A stretch of 64,000 nt of DNA from Alphaproteobacteria bacterium CG1_02_46_17 (GTDB taxonomy: Bacteria; Pseudomonadota; Alphaproteobacteria; Micavibrionales; Micavibrionaceae), in contig MNUG01000019.1 in NCBI GenBank assembly GCA_001871905.1, positions 40,752-104,751 of the forward strand. Direction: 5' to 3'. Within the stretch, counting starts at the first letter, position 1, and each line of letters starts with the position of its first letter. Below the pieces are notes generated by a model. The model saw only the letters and a list, made by a program, of their open reading frames with translations. It made no database searches and had not been told where the DNA came from. This document shows, one piece after another, positions 20,780 through 32,516 of the stretch. The translations under genes and the position numbers were made by a program.

Positions 20780-21577
20780 TTATGCCGCCGATTGTTGCTC
20801 TTGTAGGGAGAGTAGGTAGCTTTTCATGGCGCTTTGCAATGAGGAGATACCTGTTCCCAATTCTGTTTCGCTGACAGTCCCATCTGAATCCTGATCAAAG
20901 AACGAGAAGAGCTTTTCTGCCGTCGTTTGAGTGTCGGATGTCGATGTACTATCTGTTGTTGAGGTTGTTGAATCTGTTGATGTCAGAGCCTCCATCAGCT
21001 TTTCCAAAAGCGTCAATTCATCATCATCTTCTTCTGATGAGGAGGATGGAGGTGGTGGGCCACCCGCACCTTTCATTGGTGCATTTTGTGCAAATTGTTC
21101 CAGTTCGGAGGAGGTCAGGGAGCCGTCTCCGTCAGTGTCTGCTTGGGCAAAAAGTTCTTCCGAGCTATCGGTGGGAGCGTTTGCCGGTTTCATGGCTGCA
21201 AATTCATCGTAACTCAAAACGCCATCACTATTTGTATCGCCGGCAGAAAGTATATCATCAGATCTGGATTGTGCGAGTTGTGTATTGCTGCTTCCTGATA
21301 ATCCCCCTTGGGTCATTTGAGAGAGGAAAGTTGAAAGCTCTTCTTCGCTGAGAGCGTTGTCGCCATCGGTGTCGGCGGCAGCCATAACGGATTCTGCGGA
21401 CGGGCCTTTGCCATCCTGTGGTGCCATGCTTGAAAGTTCATCCAGCGAGAGAAGTTTATCTCCATCGGTGTCTGCAGTTGAAAATTTGCTGTTCACCGAA
21501 CTTGCCGAAGCGGATTGTCCCAGCTTGGACATGATTGCGCTTAGCAAGCTATTTGAACTCGTAATGGATGAAACCAT
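20780..21577 (-). CDS. acidic EF-hand calcium-binding protein (five canonical 12-residue loops)
   Basis: 265 aa. The loops are DTDGDKLLSLDE, DTDGDNALSEEE, DTNSDGVLSYDE, DTDGDGSLTSSE and DQDSDGTVSETE. It also has Ser/Thr-rich and PPPPSSSSEEDDDE linkers, and no obvious signal peptide. Confidence 0.8.
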   Translation of the reverse strand: MVSSITSSNSLLSAIMSKLGQSASASSVNSKFSTADTDGDKLLSLDELSSMAPQDGKGPSAESVMAAADTDGDNALSEEELSTFLSQMTQGGLSGSSNTQLAQSRSDDILSAGDTNSDGVLSYDEFAAMKPANAPTDSSEELFAQADTDGDGSLTSSELEQFAQNAPMKGAGGPPPPSSSSEEDDDELTLLEKLMEALTSTDSTTSTTDSTSTSDTQTTAEKLFSFFDQDSDGTVSETELGTGISSLQSAMKSYLLSLQEQQSAA

Positions 21578-21649
21578 TTCTATTCCCCTTGTTTCTCAAA
21601 GTTCTGTGTTGTATCCGGGGATTCCGGATTTGAATTCTTCATACACTCA

Positions 21650-21679
21650 CATAACGATTGGTCTATTTATTTTCCGTCG
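21650..21679 (-). promoter_or_regulatory. candidate ECF-type promoter / shared motif, copy 2 (upstream of the EF-hand gene)
   Basis: The minus strand reads CGACGGAA-N15-CGTTATG. It starts 8 nt after the stop of the Spy-like gene and lies about 70 nt upstream of the EF-hand ATG. The same two boxes occur at 23235-23263. Confidence 0.35.
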
Positions 21680-21687
21680 AAGAAAAT

Positions 21688-22221
21688 TTAATTTCTCTCA
21701 GGACGTCTATGGGGTGGAGGAAGCAGATCTTTGAAAAACTCCTTGCGGCCTTGTGGGGACATTTTTTTGGCAATTTCGGTAATCATGTCCCCCATTTTTT
21801 GTTTGTTTTCCAAATCCAGCTCGCCAAGTTGCTGGCGCAGGGATGCTATTTTATTCTCATCCAGTTGATCTGCGATATATTCCTTTTGAAGGGATTCGAA
21901 GATTGGAGCAAATTCCTCAAAATCATTCCCCGTATCATCTTTATATTTTTTGATAACATCGAGAACCTGGGCGCGTTCCTCGAGAGGAAGGTTTCTGGAT
22001 TTTTCCTCAAAAACTCTGGCCATCATATTTTCCGGATGTTCTGGAGGGGGGGCAAAATGATCCCGATCTATGTCATGATCGTTATTCATAGCAAATGGAG
22101 GACGCATGTCGTAATTGAGCTTTCTCATGTCCGGCTTTAGTGCGGACGAGAAAACAAATCCCAGTAAAAAAACATTCATTAGAATGGATATGGCCAGAAT
22201 AACCGAGAGTTTATTTGTCAT
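21688..22221 (-). CDS. periplasmic Spy/CpxP-like protein (periplasmic heavy-metal-sensor family-like)
   Basis: 177 aa with an N-terminal signal/anchor (LSVILAISILMNVFLLGFVF). The helical Asp/Glu/Lys-rich body has His/Pro-rich stretches. It holds the third position in an ECF sigma operon. The family call comes from composition and context only. Confidence 0.55.
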   Translation of the reverse strand: MTNKLSVILAISILMNVFLLGFVFSSALKPDMRKLNYDMRPPFAMNNDHDIDRDHFAPPPEHPENMMARVFEEKSRNLPLEERAQVLDVIKKYKDDTGNDFEEFAPIFESLQKEYIADQLDENKIASLRQQLGELDLENKQKMGDMITEIAKKMSPQGRKEFFKDLLPPPHRRPERN

Positions 22222-22233
22222 GTCTCATCCTCT

Positions 22234-22548
22234 CTATTGTTGTTTCGATATATGGGCATAATACACACCCGTCATCGACATTGTATAGGGATTGACAGCT
22301 ATTTGCGTGTCTGTTGCCTGTGCTTTTTTGTCAAAGGCAAATCCGGACGATATCCCTAAAAATAATGCCAGCAGAACGGACATTATGGTCAGCATCGGCG
22401 AGCGCCGTGCGGTCTCGATAATATTCTGGCATTGACCAGACAAAACCTGCATGCAAATTATGTCGGGTAGTCCGGCATCAGGGGTAGGCCATTCGATTTT
22501 GTTCAGTAAATAACGGAATTCAGGATGATTGTTATTTGTTGTCTTCAT
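22234..22548 (-). CDS. putative single-pass membrane anti-sigma factor
   Basis: 104 aa from the ATG at 22548, which has an AAGGTGA Shine-Dalgarno 7 nt upstream. It has one central TM segment (MLTIMSVLLALFLGISSGFAF) and lies immediately downstream of the ECF sigma gene. No HxxxCxxC zinc motif is present. Confidence 0.45.
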   Translation of the reverse strand: MKTTNNNHPEFRYLLNKIEWPTPDAGLPDIICMQVLSGQCQNIIETARRSPMLTIMSVLLALFLGISSGFAFDKKAQATDTQIAVNPYTMSMTGVYYAHISKQQ

Positions 22549-22586
22549 TTTACTCACCTTTTATAGTCTCTATATCTTTCTTAAGA

Positions 22587-23144
22587 TTATTCCCAAATTT
22601 TTTCTTTTTGATCTTTAAGGCTGTTTTTAAGAGCCTGACGTCCTCGAGCCAGCAGGGATTCAACGGCATCAACGCTGATTTCCATGATGTTGGCGGCTTC
22701 GATGTTCGAGCAGTCTGTATAATGTACCAACATCAGGGCCGTTCTCTGGCGGACAGGAATTTTCATGAGTGCTTCGCGGATGGTTCTCGACACATCAGAT
22801 TCATGCATCTCGTCAAAAGCACTCTTTTCATTTGATGCAATGACCTCACTTAATTCGTTGATGTCACTATGTGGTCTGCTGCGTCTGATTTCGTCAATGC
22901 AAAGATTATGAGCTATTCTGAACAGCCAGCTTTTTATTCGTCCTGAAGGATTCCATTTTGACGCATTGTTCCACAAGCGGATACAGGTTTCTTGCGTAAC
23001 GTCTTCGGCCATCCCTTGATCTTGCAGGATGCTGTATGAAAATTTGTAGATGGGGGTCATATAAAGACCCAAAACTGTTCGATACGCATCCATATTGCCT
23101 CCGGCAATCTGTGACATCAGGATCAGATCATCTTCTGCATGCAT
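22587..23144 (-). CDS. ECF-family RNA polymerase sigma factor
   Basis: Region 2 reads SWLFRIAHNLCIDEIRR and region 4 reads PVRQRTALMLVHYTDCSNIEAANIMEISVDAVESLLARGRQAL. I prefer the ATG at 23144 (AGGA about 10 nt upstream, 185 aa) over the ORF-track start at 23237, which lies inside the candidate promoter motif. Confidence 0.85.
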   Translation of the reverse strand: MHAEDDLILMSQIAGGNMDAYRTVLGLYMTPIYKFSYSILQDQGMAEDVTQETCIRLWNNASKWNPSGRIKSWLFRIAHNLCIDEIRRSRPHSDINELSEVIASNEKSAFDEMHESDVSRTIREALMKIPVRQRTALMLVHYTDCSNIEAANIMEISVDAVESLLARGRQALKNSLKDQKEKIWE

Positions 23145-23234
23145 GGTTGCAAATCCTGTTGTTCCGCGGGTTTGTAATGCCTGCACCTTATAATCTTTCC
23201 TGAGTATCTTAAAAGGGGAATTTACCCTTATATC

Positions 23235-23263
23235 CATAACGTCGCAGATTTGTAATTCCGTCG
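23235..23263 (-). promoter_or_regulatory. candidate ECF-type promoter / shared motif, copy 1 (upstream of the sigma operon)
   Basis: The minus strand reads CGACGGAA-N14-CGTTATG, about 90 nt upstream of the sigma ATG at 23144 and downstream of the gltA terminator. Confidence 0.35.
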
Positions 23264-23296
23264 CTGAAAAATTATTTTTTTTGCGTTAAATGGAAA

Positions 23297-23318
23297 CCGC
23301 ACCCTTTTGGGGGTGCGG
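23297..23318 (-). terminator. terminator hairpin after gltA
   Basis: 8-bp GC-rich stem CCGCACCC / GGGTGCGG with a 6-nt loop, 34 nt downstream of the gltA stop. On the minus strand it is followed by TTTCCATTT, a moderate U-tract. Confidence 0.6.
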
Positions 23319-23351
23319 ACTTCGATATTCCTATGCTCGGGAATTCTTTTA

Positions 23352-24659
23352 TTATCTTTTTTCGATAAGCGGATAATCGCGCTCTGCTGCGCCTGTATAG
23401 AGCTGGCGAGGGCGACCAATCCGGTTGGTTTGCTCTTCCATCATTTCTTTCCATTGGGAAACCCAACCAACGGTACGGGCAACAGCAAAAAGAACGGTGA
23501 ACATCGAAACAGGGAATCCCATCGCTTTCAGGATAATTCCCGAATAGAAGTCCACGTTTGGATAGAGTTTACGTTCGGCAAAATATGGATCGGAAAGGGC
23601 AATTTTTTCCAGTTCGATCGCGATTTCCAACAATGGGTCCTTAACACCGAGTTCTGCCAGAACTTTGTCGCAAGCTTCTTTCATCACTGTGGCGCGAGGG
23701 TCAAAGTTTTTATAGACGCGGTGACCAAAGCCCATAAGGCGGTATTTCTTATCTTTGACGCCTTGGATGAACTCAGGAACACGGTCTTTGGAGCCGATTT
23801 CCTCCAGCATCTCGAGTACGGCCTGATTTGCGCCACCATGAGCAGGGCCCCACAGGGATGCTATACCGGCGGCAATGCAGGCAAATGGGTTGGCTTGTGA
23901 CGATCCAGCCAAACGCACGGTCGAGGTTGACGCGTTTTGTTCGTGGTCGGCGTGCAAAATTAGAATTTTATCCATGGCATCGGCCAGAATTGGAGAAACC
24001 TTGTAGGGTTCTGCCGGAACAGCAAAACACATATGCAGGAAGTTCTCGGCAAAGCTGAGGTCATTGCGTGGATAGACGAAAGGTTGCCCGATCGAATATT
24101 TGAAAGCCATCGCCGCCAGAGTTGGTAGTTTGGCAATCAGGCGGTGAGCCGAAATTTCACGTTGTCTAGGGTCGGAAATATCCAAAGAGTCGTGATAGAA
24201 AGAAGCCAGAGCGCCAACAACACCGCACATAACGGCCATAGGGTGGGCATCGCGGCGGAAGCCACGGAAGAAGAATTGCAGCTGTTCATGTACCATGGTG
24301 TGGTAGGTGATGTTCTTGCGGAAATCTTCAAATTGTTCGCGGTTTGGTAAGTCCCCGTATAAAAGGAGGAACGCCACTTCCATAAAATTACTTTTCTCTG
24401 CCAGATCTTTGATGTTGTATCCACGGTGCAACAGAATGCCCTTATCCCCATCAATAAAGGTAATGCGGGATTTACAGCTGGCTGTCGATGTGAAGCTTGG
24501 ATCGAGGGTGAAAACACCCGTATCTTCATAAAGGGAACGGATGTCGATTGTCTCAGGCCCTAATGTTCCTTCGACAACAGGAAAGTCCCATTTATCACCG
24601 GTCTGGTTATTGGTGAGTGTGAAGGTCTTTGGGTTTGTAGTATCGTTATTGTCTGACAT
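23352..24659 (-). CDS. gltA: citrate synthase (type II)
   Basis: Conserved [19 protein letters not shown] and MGFP blocks. I chose the start at 24659 (MSDNNDTT..., GGGGA upstream) rather than the 24704 ORF start. Confidence 0.95.
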   Translation of the reverse strand: MSDNNDTTNPKTFTLTNNQTGDKWDFPVVEGTLGPETIDIRSLYEDTGVFTLDPSFTSTASCKSRITFIDGDKGILLHRGYNIKDLAEKSNFMEVAFLLLYGDLPNREQFEDFRKNITYHTMVHEQLQFFFRGFRRDAHPMAVMCGVVGALASFYHDSLDISDPRQREISAHRLIAKLPTLAAMAFKYSIGQPFVYPRNDLSFAENFLHMCFAVPAEPYKVSPILADAMDKILILHADHEQNASTSTVRLAGSSQANPFACIAAGIASLWGPAHGGANQAVLEMLEEIGSKDRVPEFIQGVKDKKYRLMGFGHRVYKNFDPRATVMKEACDKVLAELGVKDPLLEIAIELEKIALSDPYFAERKLYPNVDFYSGIILKAMGFPVSMFTVLFAVARTVGWVSQWKEMMEEQTNRIGRPRQLYTGAAERDYPLIEKR

Positions 24660-24785
24660 GGAATATCCCCAGTTGAAGTTCGGAATGACTAATTGATGAA
24701 CCATAACCTGACTTGGTTAAGCTCCAGTTAAAAATATAGCCTTATCAGAGGACTTTGACCAGTCGGTCTTCCTCATGTTTTCCGG

Positions 24786-26684
24786 TTATTCCTGTTCTTG
24801 CGTTTTACCATATACTCTTTGAAGGAGATCATTGTTGATTTCAACAGGATATTTTTTCTCAAGATTTGAGATAAACAACATCAAATTAGACGTTGAAAGA
24901 TCAGATTTTAGTGCCTTCGCCTGTTGTTCCTGCAGTCCGGCATCGGATTTTCCAAGTTTTGTATTGGATGTTGCCCCGACCAGAATTGAATTGGCATCCA
25001 TCGGGATGGACATTATGTATTTTCCTTCCTTGGCATCCATAAATCGGCCGATGATCCGCGCATCTTTGATCGAAGCGGGAAGTTCGACTTTCTTCTGAAG
25101 AGCGTCTCTGGACAGAGCGTTGATCGTCTGGATTTTATAACCTGTTTTTTCTATAGTTGTGGTTCCTGCATTTAATGCCTCGGTCAGGTCTTGTGCTTTG
25201 ATCAAATTCTGGCGGGCCTGATTTTCATCTTTCCAGCGTTTGGCAATCAGGGATTTAATCTGATCGAATGGTTTTGGGGTGGCTGGCGTCACGCGATCGA
25301 CCTTGGTCGAATAGAAGCTGGTCGCGGTCAGATCAAGAAGTGAGCTTGGTTCACCTTCATTCATCTGGAATGTCTTATTGAGAATATTGGCTTTTTGGTT
25401 TTCATCCAGCTTTGCGTCTGTCTGAAAATCTTTGTCAGAGGATTTTAGATTTTCAACGGGGATAATTTGAAGATTATATTCGCCTTTGAGCGCAGCGTAA
25501 TCTTCACCGGCAGCAAGGAGGTCTTCGAATTCACTGGTAAGTTTATAGATTTCATCGCCGGATTTTTCTTCGGTGAGTTGTTGTGAAATCTGGTCTTTCA
25601 GTTCAGCCAGAGGTTTGATGTGTTCTGGCGTAATGTCTGCGATCTTAATGACGTGATAGCCCAAGGCAGATTTCAAAGGCCCTATAATGGCGCCTTTCTT
25701 TGCCTCAAAGATTTGCGTAGCCATCTCACCATCGAGATCTTTTTGTGCAAAAGAAATGTCACGGGCAAAGGCTTTAACATTTCCGGTCACATCTTTTACA
25801 GCAGTTTCAAGGTCACCTGATTTTTGCGCTTGTTCCAGTATGGTTTGCGCATCAGCTTCGTTTGTGATGATGGCTTGATCTAATATGCGTTTTTCTTCAA
25901 CTTGGAAATCTTCTTGATGGGCATCATAAAAATCTTTGATTTCTTCGTCGGAGAGTTTTGTGTCTTTCAAAATCGAAGAGACATCGAGAATGGCAATGGT
26001 GACATTCCGTTTTTCGGGAATCATGTATTGGGTCTTGATGCCTTCATAATAATCTTCCAGCATTTTGTCGTCAGCGTCTTTATCCAGTTTGATGTCACTG
26101 TTCTTCAATTCGACAAATTTCAGGTCCCGCGTTGTTCCTTTGAAGGCCGAGATATCCTGTTCCAGAGTTTGAGGAACATAGTTTGCAGAGGCGATCGTTG
26201 TTTTTAATAATTCTGTTTCGATTTCTCCGCGCAACATTGTAACTAAAGTTTTTTCAGTCAAACCCTGCATTTGCAGGAATTGTTGCAAGGCCTGTTTGGC
26301 ATTGGTTTGTTCGGTAATCAGAGGGGAAACCAGAGATTGGACTTGTTTGGCAACAATCTTGTCTTCAACCTGAATACCAAAGTCTTTAGCCGCGAGAGCC
26401 AGAATGCGTGCGAGAATTTCACTTTGAAGAATATTGTCAATGGCGCCCATTTCATAGGCTTTATTCAGTTCAATATTTTGGTTTCTAAGGATTCGTTCTG
26501 CAATATTGTTGAATTCACTGATTTTGATTGGAGATCCATTCACTGTCGCAACGTCTGTCTTTGTGTTTCCTCCTCCACGGAACATGCCGTTCCAGTCTGT
26601 TAAGACCAGACTAAACCCTCCAATCACCAACAGGCCGAGAAAAATAGCAGAGAAAAAACCGTTACGCATTGAACGAAGGATCAT
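24786..26684 (-). CDS. ppiD: PpiD-like periplasmic chaperone / parvulin-type peptidyl-prolyl isomerase
   Basis: 632 aa with an N-terminal membrane anchor (FFSAIFLGLLVIGGFSLVL), a SurA-N-like region and a parvulin core (GPLKSALGYHVIKI). Confidence 0.8.
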   Translation of the reverse strand: MILRSMRNGFFSAIFLGLLVIGGFSLVLTDWNGMFRGGGNTKTDVATVNGSPIKISEFNNIAERILRNQNIELNKAYEMGAIDNILQSEILARILALAAKDFGIQVEDKIVAKQVQSLVSPLITEQTNAKQALQQFLQMQGLTEKTLVTMLRGEIETELLKTTIASANYVPQTLEQDISAFKGTTRDLKFVELKNSDIKLDKDADDKMLEDYYEGIKTQYMIPEKRNVTIAILDVSSILKDTKLSDEEIKDFYDAHQEDFQVEEKRILDQAIITNEADAQTILEQAQKSGDLETAVKDVTGNVKAFARDISFAQKDLDGEMATQIFEAKKGAIIGPLKSALGYHVIKIADITPEHIKPLAELKDQISQQLTEEKSGDEIYKLTSEFEDLLAAGEDYAALKGEYNLQIIPVENLKSSDKDFQTDAKLDENQKANILNKTFQMNEGEPSSLLDLTATSFYSTKVDRVTPATPKPFDQIKSLIAKRWKDENQARQNLIKAQDLTEALNAGTTTIEKTGYKIQTINALSRDALQKKVELPASIKDARIIGRFMDAKEGKYIMSIPMDANSILVGATSNTKLGKSDAGLQEQQAKALKSDLSTSNLMLFISNLEKKYPVEINNDLLQRVYGKTQEQE

Positions 26685-26797
26685 GACGTTAAATTCCTTG
26701 AAATATTAAGACTTGAATCGGGACACTATAAACATCTCGTCTGGACATGCCAAGCCTTCTTGGGATATGAAGGAAACAAGTTTAAAAGAGGACTGCC

Positions 26798-27541
26798 ATG
26801 AAAAAACTGATTGCCGGAAACTGGAAGATGAACGGAAGTGTCGCGGACGCCAAGGCGCTTGTTAGTGCTTTGATCGAAGGAACAAAAGGGCAAGACGGTG
26901 TGGATGTGTGCCTTTGTCCGCCAGACGTCTATATTCCTGTTGTACGCGCGGAAAATTTGCCGGCGCATTTTGGTGTGGGGGGGCAAGATTGTTCCTATCA
27001 CGGGGAGTCAGGGGCCTATACCGGAGAAGTTTCCGCAATAATGTTAAAAGATTCTGGGTGCGATTATGTCATATTGGGGCATTCCGAGCGTCGCCAACAT
27101 CATTGCGAAGGAAATAATGTTATTGCCAAAAAGGCCGAATATGCCCATGCGGTTGGCTTGACCACTATTATTTGTGTCGGGGAGACTGAAGCCGAGCGCG
27201 AACAGGGGCTGGAGAATTCAGTTGTCATATTGCAACTTATAGAGTCTATTCCCCCGAAAGCCAGCGGTAAAAACATAGTTATTGCCTATGAACCAGTCTG
27301 GGCGATTGGAACCGGAAAGAGCGCAACTGCTGAAGATGTGGCAAATATGCATGGGGTTATTCGTAACTATTTGCAGGAAAAGCTGGACAATCCGGATTCA
27401 ATCCGTATTTTGTACGGCGGTTCTGTTAAACCCGAAAATGCTGCCGAGCTTCTTGCCATCAAGAATGTGGATGGAGCATTGGTGGGCGGAGCAAGCCTTA
27501 AAGCCGATCAATTCCTTGCAATTATTGCGGCGGCGAAATAA
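26798..27541 (+). CDS. tpiA: triose-phosphate isomerase
   Basis: 247 aa with AGNWKMNG, ILGHSERR, AYEPVWAIGTG and GGASL motifs. Confidence 0.96.
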   Translation: MKKLIAGNWKMNGSVADAKALVSALIEGTKGQDGVDVCLCPPDVYIPVVRAENLPAHFGVGGQDCSYHGESGAYTGEVSAIMLKDSGCDYVILGHSERRQHHCEGNNVIAKKAEYAHAVGLTTIICVGETEAEREQGLENSVVILQLIESIPPKASGKNIVIAYEPVWAIGTGKSATAEDVANMHGVIRNYLQEKLDNPDSIRILYGGSVKPENAAELLAIKNVDGALVGGASLKADQFLAIIAAAK

Positions 27542-27584
27542 AAGACATTTGAAAACTAATATACAAAGAAAAGAAGAGTTTTGA

Positions 27585-29616
<2,032 letters not shown>

Positions 29617-29641
29617 TTTCTTTCCATAAGTTTGACTCTTG

Positions 29642-29679
29642 CGAAGCCGCATGATAAAACGGCTTCGATTTTCATTTTT
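29642..29679 (+). terminator. candidate rho-independent terminator after pyrG
   Basis: 8-bp stem CGAAGCCG / CGGCTTCG with a 10-nt loop, followed by ATTTTCATTTTT. Confidence 0.5.
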
Positions 29680-29739
29680 GATGATATGTTCTGATTAAGG
29701 GAAACATATCTAAAGCAAGATAAAACAAGGGAGATGACC

Positions 29740-30009
29740 ATGGAAGGCGATTACGGAGTACATCCGAACGAAGAAAAACTTTCGAATTATACACGAGGCG
29801 GACAAAGTGTCTGGCCCTTGACTGCAGCCATAGTAATTGCTTTGACGGCTCATTTCGGGTTTAAGGAGGAGATTAAGCAAGTGCGTGGGCAGTTGGCTTC
29901 TTATTTTACCAATGTGGCTCAAGCGGCAAGCCATACTGCTACCCCTGAAAAAGTTAAGGGAAAAGAAGGGGTACAACAACTTGTTTATCCTGCTTATAGC
30001 ACCCGTTAG
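29740..30009 (+). CDS. small hypothetical membrane protein
   Basis: 89 aa from the ATG at 29740, with an AAGGGAG Shine-Dalgarno about 7 nt upstream. It has one hydrophobic segment (VWPLTAAIVIALTAHFGF) and shares the strand of its neighbours. A competing antisense ORF (29710-29979) has no ribosome-binding site. Confidence 0.35.
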   Translation: MEGDYGVHPNEEKLSNYTRGGQSVWPLTAAIVIALTAHFGFKEEIKQVRGQLASYFTNVAQAASHTATPEKVKGKEGVQQLVYPAYSTR

Positions 30010-30052
30010 TTATCCTCTTGATAGGTTCCAGTTCATGCGCTACATATAGCGC

Positions 30053-30891
30053 ATGAAAACAGTCCTTATCGATGGCTTTAAGGCCAGTAATTCTTCCCCG
30101 TTTTTTCTGATTGCAGGGCCCTGCGTCCTAGAGAGCCGTGACCATGCTTATGATATGTGCGGGGCTCTTAAAGAGACTACTGGCAAGCTCGGGATTAATT
30201 TTGTTTACAAATCTTCTTTTGATAAAGCTAATCGTACGAGTGTCTCGGGTGTTCGATCTGGAGTATCATTTGATGGAGCCTTGCAGATCTTCAAAGATAT
30301 TAAGAAAGATTTTGGTGTTCCCGTTTTGACCGACATTCATACTGTTGAGCAATGTTCCATTGTGGCAGAGGCTGTTGATATTTTACAAATCCCTGCTTTT
30401 TTGTGTCGTCAGACAGATTTACTTGTTGCGGCAGGCAATACCGGCAAAGTAATCAATGTCAAGAAAGGACAGTTTCTTGCTCCTTGGGACATGAAAAATG
30501 TTGCCGCAAAAATTGCTTCGACAGGTAATGAAAAAATTCTACTGTGTGAACGTGGAGCAAGTTTTGGATATAACACGCTTGTATCTGATATGCGTTCCTT
30601 GCCGATTATGGCACAGACAGGCTATCCTGTTGTATTTGATGCAACCCATTCGGTTCAACAGCCGGGTGGGCAGGGAACGTCTTCTGGCGGCGACAGAACA
30701 ATGGTCCCTGTTCTTGCGCGTGCAGCTGTGGCTGTTGGTGTTGCGGGGGTCTTTATGGAAGTGCACCAAGATCCTGATAACGCACCGTCGGATGGGCCAA
30801 ATATGGTCAAGTTGCATGAATTGGAAGTAATTCTTTCCAAGATGGTTGCTATTGATGATTTGGTGAAGTCGATGGACTTGGTCGATGTAGA

Positions 30892-30895
<4 letters not shown>
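30053..30895 (+). CDS. kdsA: 3-deoxy-8-phosphooctulonate synthase
   Basis: 280 aa with [34 protein letters not shown] and DATHSVQ motifs. Confidence 0.96.
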
Positions 30896-32503
<1,608 letters not shown>

Positions 32504-32516
32504 AGGCATTCGGACG

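Noticed and set aside
20931-21351. Several plus-strand ORFs (93, 137 and 70 aa) opposite the EF-hand gene
   Set aside because: They are by-products of the repetitive Asp/Ser/Thr-coding sequence on the other strand. Only the minus-strand frame yields five regular EF-hand loops.
21650-21679. Calling the shared motif a canonical EcfG (general stress) promoter
   Set aside because: The GGAA-to-CGTT spacing is 13-14 nt rather than 16-17, and no phyR or nepR genes are nearby. I therefore keep it only as an unclassified ECF-like or regulatory motif.
23145-23237. Longer 216-aa version of the ECF sigma factor starting at 23237
   Set aside because: No Shine-Dalgarno precedes that ATG, which lies within the CGTTATG box of the shared motif. 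The extra 31 residues have no sigma-factor similarity. The ATG at 23144 has an AGGA site and gives a typical 185-aa ECF sigma.
23307-23900. 197-aa plus-strand ORF overlapping gltA
   Set aside because: It is antisense to a clearly conserved citrate synthase frame, and its start falls within the gltA terminator and 3' region. It has no recognisable features.
29710-29979. 89-aa minus-strand ORF in the pyrG-kdsA spacer
   Set aside because: It has no ribosome-binding site and runs opposite to all flanking genes. The overlapping plus-strand ORF has a good Shine-Dalgarno. Neither frame is strongly supported.
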